Source of the DNA: Vibrio vulnificus CMCP6
Lineage (GTDB): Bacteria > Pseudomonadota > Gammaproteobacteria > Enterobacterales > Vibrionaceae
Assembly: GCF_000039765.1 (NCBI RefSeq)
Contig: NC_004459.3
Coordinates: 2,121,127 to 2,153,126, forward strand
Reading direction: 5' to 3'
Length of the DNA stretch: 32,000 nt
The first letter of the stretch is position 1. Each line of letters begins with the position of its first letter. Of this stretch, positions 28,413 through 32,000 are shown piece after piece. Under the pieces are notes generated by a model, which was given only the letters and a program-made list of their open reading frames with translations, ran no database searches and was not told the origin of the DNA. A program made the position numbers and the translations under genes.

Positions 28413-29460
28413 ATTGTTGATGAAGCTCAGGGCGAGTCAGCGCTTGCTGGCGAAATTGCTTCGGTGACGCGCCGCTCCATTTACGAAATGCGTGACGGAA
28501 ATTGGCGCTATCGGAAAAACCAACACGCTCTGAAATCTCTTCAATGCTCATTTTCGTGGAAGCAAGGTAGTGGCGGGCAAAATGGAAGCGTACATGATCT
28601 AAGATTTGTTGGTAGCTACTCTCTTCTGTTTTCAAGCGACGGCGAAGGGTTCTTGAGGACATGCCAAGTTCGGCGGACAAGGTTTCAATAGATGGATAAT
28701 ACCCTGGTCTTTCCACAAACATTTGGGTGATTTTTTCCTTGAGGCTCGCTTTGCCGCTTACTTTCTCCAACATTTCGTCGCACGATTTAAGGCACAGTTG
28801 CAGTGTGGCGGTATTGGCCGCGGGAAGAGGCTCTTGCAAACTCCTAGCATCAAACTGCCACTCTAAACGTGGGCTGTTAAACTCGATTTGGCAGTGAAAT
28901 ATTTGCCGATACAGTTCACTGTATTCCGGTTCGGGATAGGGGAAACGGATAATCGTGGAAGGGAAGGGCTTTTGCATCACTTCTTCGCATAAGCTGTGTA
29001 TTGCAGCAAACCAATATTCACAACAAAACGGCAAAAGAGATTGCAAATCAATCAATTGTTCGGCTCGAAAATAGCCGGTATGGCCTTCGATACCCATGGT
29101 CTTTTTGAGCACAGGGCCGGCCAATCGCAGGTACTTAAAACCAATCATCATCGCGTCGAAGAGCGTATTGCTGCTAAATATCGCGTAACCCAGCACGCCA
29201 AAATCACTAAATCGGGCTTGCTGACCGACGCGCAGACCTAATCCGCCCTCTTCTGAATGGGCTAAGGCATTGCTAAAAATCGCCAATTTTTGTGCGAGAG
29301 TGATGTGCGTGTCCGGAGTATAGAGTTGCGAAACGCTGAGACCACTGCCGAGCAGCAGTGAGTCAATGCTGACTTTTGATTCCAAATAGCGGTTGAGTAG
29401 CTGCAGATCTAAAATGCCACAAGCTTGAGCATCCGGTTCATAAACGGCAACGTATTTCAT
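28411..29460 (-). CDS. AraC-family transcriptional regulator (N-terminal AraC-binding-like sensor, C-terminal dual HTH)
   Basis: The C-terminus ...LSAELGMSSRTLRRRLK...ISERVGFSDSANFRHAFRKWSG is the AraC/XylS signature. The N-terminal ~230 aa resemble the OruR/EutR-type ligand domain. I chose the start at 29460 (MKYVAVY, GGAGAGGG upstream). Confidence 0.88.
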   Translation of the reverse strand: MKYVAVYEPDAQACGILDLQLLNRYLESKVSIDSLLLGSGLSVSQLYTPDTHITLAQKLAIFSNALAHSEEGGLGLRVGQQARFSDFGVLGYAIFSSNTLFDAMMIGFKYLRLAGPVLKKTMGIEGHTGYFRAEQLIDLQSLLPFCCEYWFAAIHSLCEEVMQKPFPSTIIRFPYPEPEYSELYRQIFHCQIEFNSPRLEWQFDARSLQEPLPAANTATLQLCLKSCDEMLEKVSGKASLKEKITQMFVERPGYYPSIETLSAELGMSSRTLRRRLKTEESSYQQILDHVRFHFARHYLASTKMSIEEISERVGFSDSANFRHAFRKWSGASPKQFRQQALTRPELHQQ

Positions 29461-29672
29461 TGTCCCTCTCCATTTCAACGTCATCCTAGCGCGGACTGAG
29501 GTGCGATTTAGTCACCTTAAGATAATTTTGTCCGAATATCACCGTTTTTTGTCTTTTTGTAACCTGTGCGTCATGTTATCAAAATGTTGTAATCATTTAA
29601 ATTGCACCGTGGGAGAGAAACATGAATGTACTGGCTAGGCAAGATAGGGACGTACATCGCGATCAAGGAGTG

Positions 29673-31106
29673 ATGGCAACCCATGACGCCACAGCAAGCG
29701 AACTTGCAACGTGGTTTTCCGAATTACAAACGGCTTATCAAGCAGAGCCTAGCGCGAGCTACTTGGTGAGAAAACATCGATTACTGGCGCTAAAAAAACA
29801 ACTTTCTCGCTATCAAGACATACTAGCAGAAGCAATGAGTCAAGATTTTGGAGGTCGAAGTCATACCGAGTCCATCATGGCGGATGTGCTTGCGCCAATT
29901 CTTGATATCAACCATGTGCTCAAACACTTGAAGGGGTGGATGAAGCCCAGCCGAAGAGCGACAGAGTGGCTGTTTAAAGGCAATCAACTGGAGGTTCGTT
30001 ATCAGCCGAAAGGCGTGGTAGGCATTATCTGCCCTTGGAACTTCCCGTTGTATCTCTCGATAGGCCCGATGATCACGGCGTTAGCCGCAGGCAATCGCTG
30101 TATGATCAAGATGCCACCCAATTGCCCGCAAACCACGCGACAGCTCCGTCGCATGCTTGCCGAGATCTACCCAACAAATCTAGTTCGTATCGTAGAAGGT
30201 ACGCATCCAGAAGCTATGGACATTTCACATTTGCCTTTTGATCATTTGGTGTTTACTGGGTCCCCCACGAGCGGAAAGATCATCATGGCAAACGCTGCCG
30301 CCAATCTCACGCCGGTGACTTTAGAGCTGGGGGGCAAGTCGCCAGTGGTGGTGTTTGATGATTATGAGATAGAAAAAGCAGCGCAGCGAATTGCGCATGG
30401 TAAAGGGTTCAACTCTGGGCAAATCTGTATCGCTCCCGATTACGCGTTTGTGCCTGAAGGTAAGCAGGAAGCCTTTATTGATGCGTTGAAATCTGCCCAT
30501 CAAAGTATGTACGGTGATATCAAGGCCAATCAAGATTACACCGCGCTAGTTGACGACGCGCAGTACCAGCGATTCCATAGCTTGCTTGAGGATGCGCGAA
30601 GTAAAGGAGCGACGATTACCCAATGTCTTGAACCTGGAGAAGGGCGAAAAACGCCGCTGTATATTGCGACCAATCTGACGCCAGATATGCGTATCTGCCA
30701 AGAAGAGATCTTTGGGCCTCTGTTACCTGTTCACACCTTTCAGGCCATCGAAGAGGTCATCGACTATATCAACCAACGGCCAAGGCCTCTGGCGTGTTAC
30801 TTGTTCAGCCATCATCCAAAACAACGTGAAACCTTGCTCACTCAAACCCACAGTGGCGGTGTCACCATCAATGGCTGGGGCTGGCATGTGCTCAACCATT
30901 CTGTGCCGTTTGGCGGCGTCGGCAATTCCGGCATCGGCAACTACCATGGCGAAGAGGGCTTTCGTGAACTTAGCCACGCACGCACCGTTTTGAAAATGCG
31001 TGATTGGTTTCCGATTCAGTTGTTTGCGCCACCCTATGGCAATTGGGTGCAAAAACTGGTGGTACGCGTGTTTGCTGGCAAACCTGATCCCACGCTGAAA
31101 GAGTGA
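29673..31106 (+). CDS. NAD(P)-dependent aldehyde dehydrogenase, coniferyl-aldehyde / long-chain fatty-aldehyde DH subfamily
   Basis: It has the catalytic Glu (ELGGKSP) and Cys (NSGQICIAPDY) motifs, EEIFGPLLPV, and the C-terminal hydrophobic tail typical of the CALDH/AlkH-like clade. I chose the start at 29673 (AGGAG 5 nt upstream). Confidence 0.88.
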   Translation: MATHDATASELATWFSELQTAYQAEPSASYLVRKHRLLALKKQLSRYQDILAEAMSQDFGGRSHTESIMADVLAPILDINHVLKHLKGWMKPSRRATEWLFKGNQLEVRYQPKGVVGIICPWNFPLYLSIGPMITALAAGNRCMIKMPPNCPQTTRQLRRMLAEIYPTNLVRIVEGTHPEAMDISHLPFDHLVFTGSPTSGKIIMANAAANLTPVTLELGGKSPVVVFDDYEIEKAAQRIAHGKGFNSGQICIAPDYAFVPEGKQEAFIDALKSAHQSMYGDIKANQDYTALVDDAQYQRFHSLLEDARSKGATITQCLEPGEGRKTPLYIATNLTPDMRICQEEIFGPLLPVHTFQAIEEVIDYINQRPRPLACYLFSHHPKQRETLLTQTHSGGVTINGWGWHVLNHSVPFGGVGNSGIGNYHGEEGFRELSHARTVLKMRDWFPIQLFAPPYGNWVQKLVVRVFAGKPDPTLKE

Positions 31107-31187
31107 TTTTTAAAACAGCTTCAACCGTACTGATGGCGTTGAAAACGTCATAAAGCAGAAATACCCAGTCGAGGTAGAGGAGAGAGC

Positions 31188-32000
31188 ATGAAGGAATATG
31201 ATTTTATTGTTGTCGGTGGCGGCTCTGCCGGTTGTGTGTTGGCGTCTCGATTGACGGAAGATCCTGACGTCACCGTCTGTTTGCTGGAAGCGGGGGCAAA
31301 GATAGCAGCCCTCTCATTCATACACCTGTTGGCATGGTGGCGATGATGCCCACCAAAATAAACAATTGGGGGTTTGAAACCATCCCACAAGCAGGTTTGA
31401 ATGGTAGAAAAGGGTATCAACCGCGGGGCAAAACGTTAGGCGGTTCCAGTTCTATCAATGCCATGATGTACGCCAGAGGGCATCGATACGACTACGACTT
31501 ATGGGCGAGTTTGGGAAACGTCGGTTGGAGTTATGACGACTGCTTACCCTATTTCAAAAAAGCGGAGAACAACGAGATTCATCGTGATGAATTTCATGGC
31601 CAAGGTGGCCCTTTGAATGTCACGAATTTACGCTCACCGAGTGACGTGTTGGAACGTTATTTAGCCGCTTGCGAGTCGATAGGCGTCCCACGCAATCCCG
31701 ATATCAATGGTGCGCAACAGTTGGGAGCGATGGCCACTCAAGTAACACAAATCAATGGTGAAAGGTGCAGTGCCGCCAAAGCGTATCTTACTCCTCATTT
31801 GGACAGGCCAAATTTAACGGTGTTAACTCAAGCGACCACCCATAAAATTCTCTTTGACGGCAAGAGAGCGGTTGGCGTCGAATATGGCCAAAAAGGCCAC
31901 ACGTTTCAGATCCGCTGTAAGCGAGAAGTGATTTTATCTGCTGGCGCGTTTGGCTCTCCACAACTGCTTTTGCTTTCGGGCGTCGGGGCGAAGAAGGATT
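31188..32000 (+). pseudogene. GMC-family FAD oxidoreductase (AlkJ / choline-dehydrogenase-like alcohol dehydrogenase), interrupted by a 1-nt frameshift; 3' end beyond the window
   Basis: The frame from ATG 31188 gives [36 protein letters not shown] (Rossmann GxGxxG), then reads out of frame after the G5 run at 31292-31296 and stops at TGA 31344-31346. The frame beginning at 31301 continues [17 protein letters not shown]...PRGKTLGGSSSINAMMYARG...SAGAFGSPQLLLLSGVG with no stop to base 32000. Adding one G restores the canonical [12 protein letters not shown]. Confidence 0.8.

Noticed and set aside
31148-31420. A 90-aa minus-strand ORF overlapping the start of the GMC oxidoreductase gene.
   Set aside because: It is antisense to the clearly homologous GMC coding sequence (Rossmann motif and downstream frame) and has no recognisable features. 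Its apparent length is a by-product of the GC-rich coding region.

Overview
This window looks like a conserved chromosomal segment of a Vibrio-like gammaproteobacterium. Gene content and order are enterobacterial/Vibrio-type, and the tfoY leader carries a close homologue of the V. cholerae Vc2 c-di-GMP riboswitch. Left to right: the 3' tip of an upstream gene; cspD; clpS-clpA; infA; bpt(ate)-aat; a secreted glycine-zipper protein; aroA; yciN; topA; glgC-glgA; an alpha/beta hydrolase; a DUF2007/zinc-ribbon protein with a TVP38-family membrane protein; tfoY with its GEMM-I riboswitch; purR; torD and torR (divergent); elyC; cmoM-mukF-mukE-mukB. After the mukB terminator comes what looks like an accessory catabolic module: an AraC-family regulator divergent from a coniferyl/fatty-aldehyde dehydrogenase and an AlkJ-like GMC alcohol dehydrogenase. 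The GMC gene is broken by a 1-nt frameshift and runs off the right edge. Most genes end in clear hairpin terminators, several of them bidirectional. I saw no tRNA, rRNA, CRISPR array, transposase, integrase or obvious defence genes. I did not find a convincing undescribed multi-gene system, so the window is mostly ordinary core genome. The items most worth a second look are non-coding: the tfoY riboswitch expression platform and the upstream repeats, the structured torD 3' region, the topA and glgC leaders, and the frameshifted GMC gene within the AraC/ALDH/GMC module. All functional calls rest on my recognition of the translated ORFs and on motifs read directly from the sequence; no database search was run.
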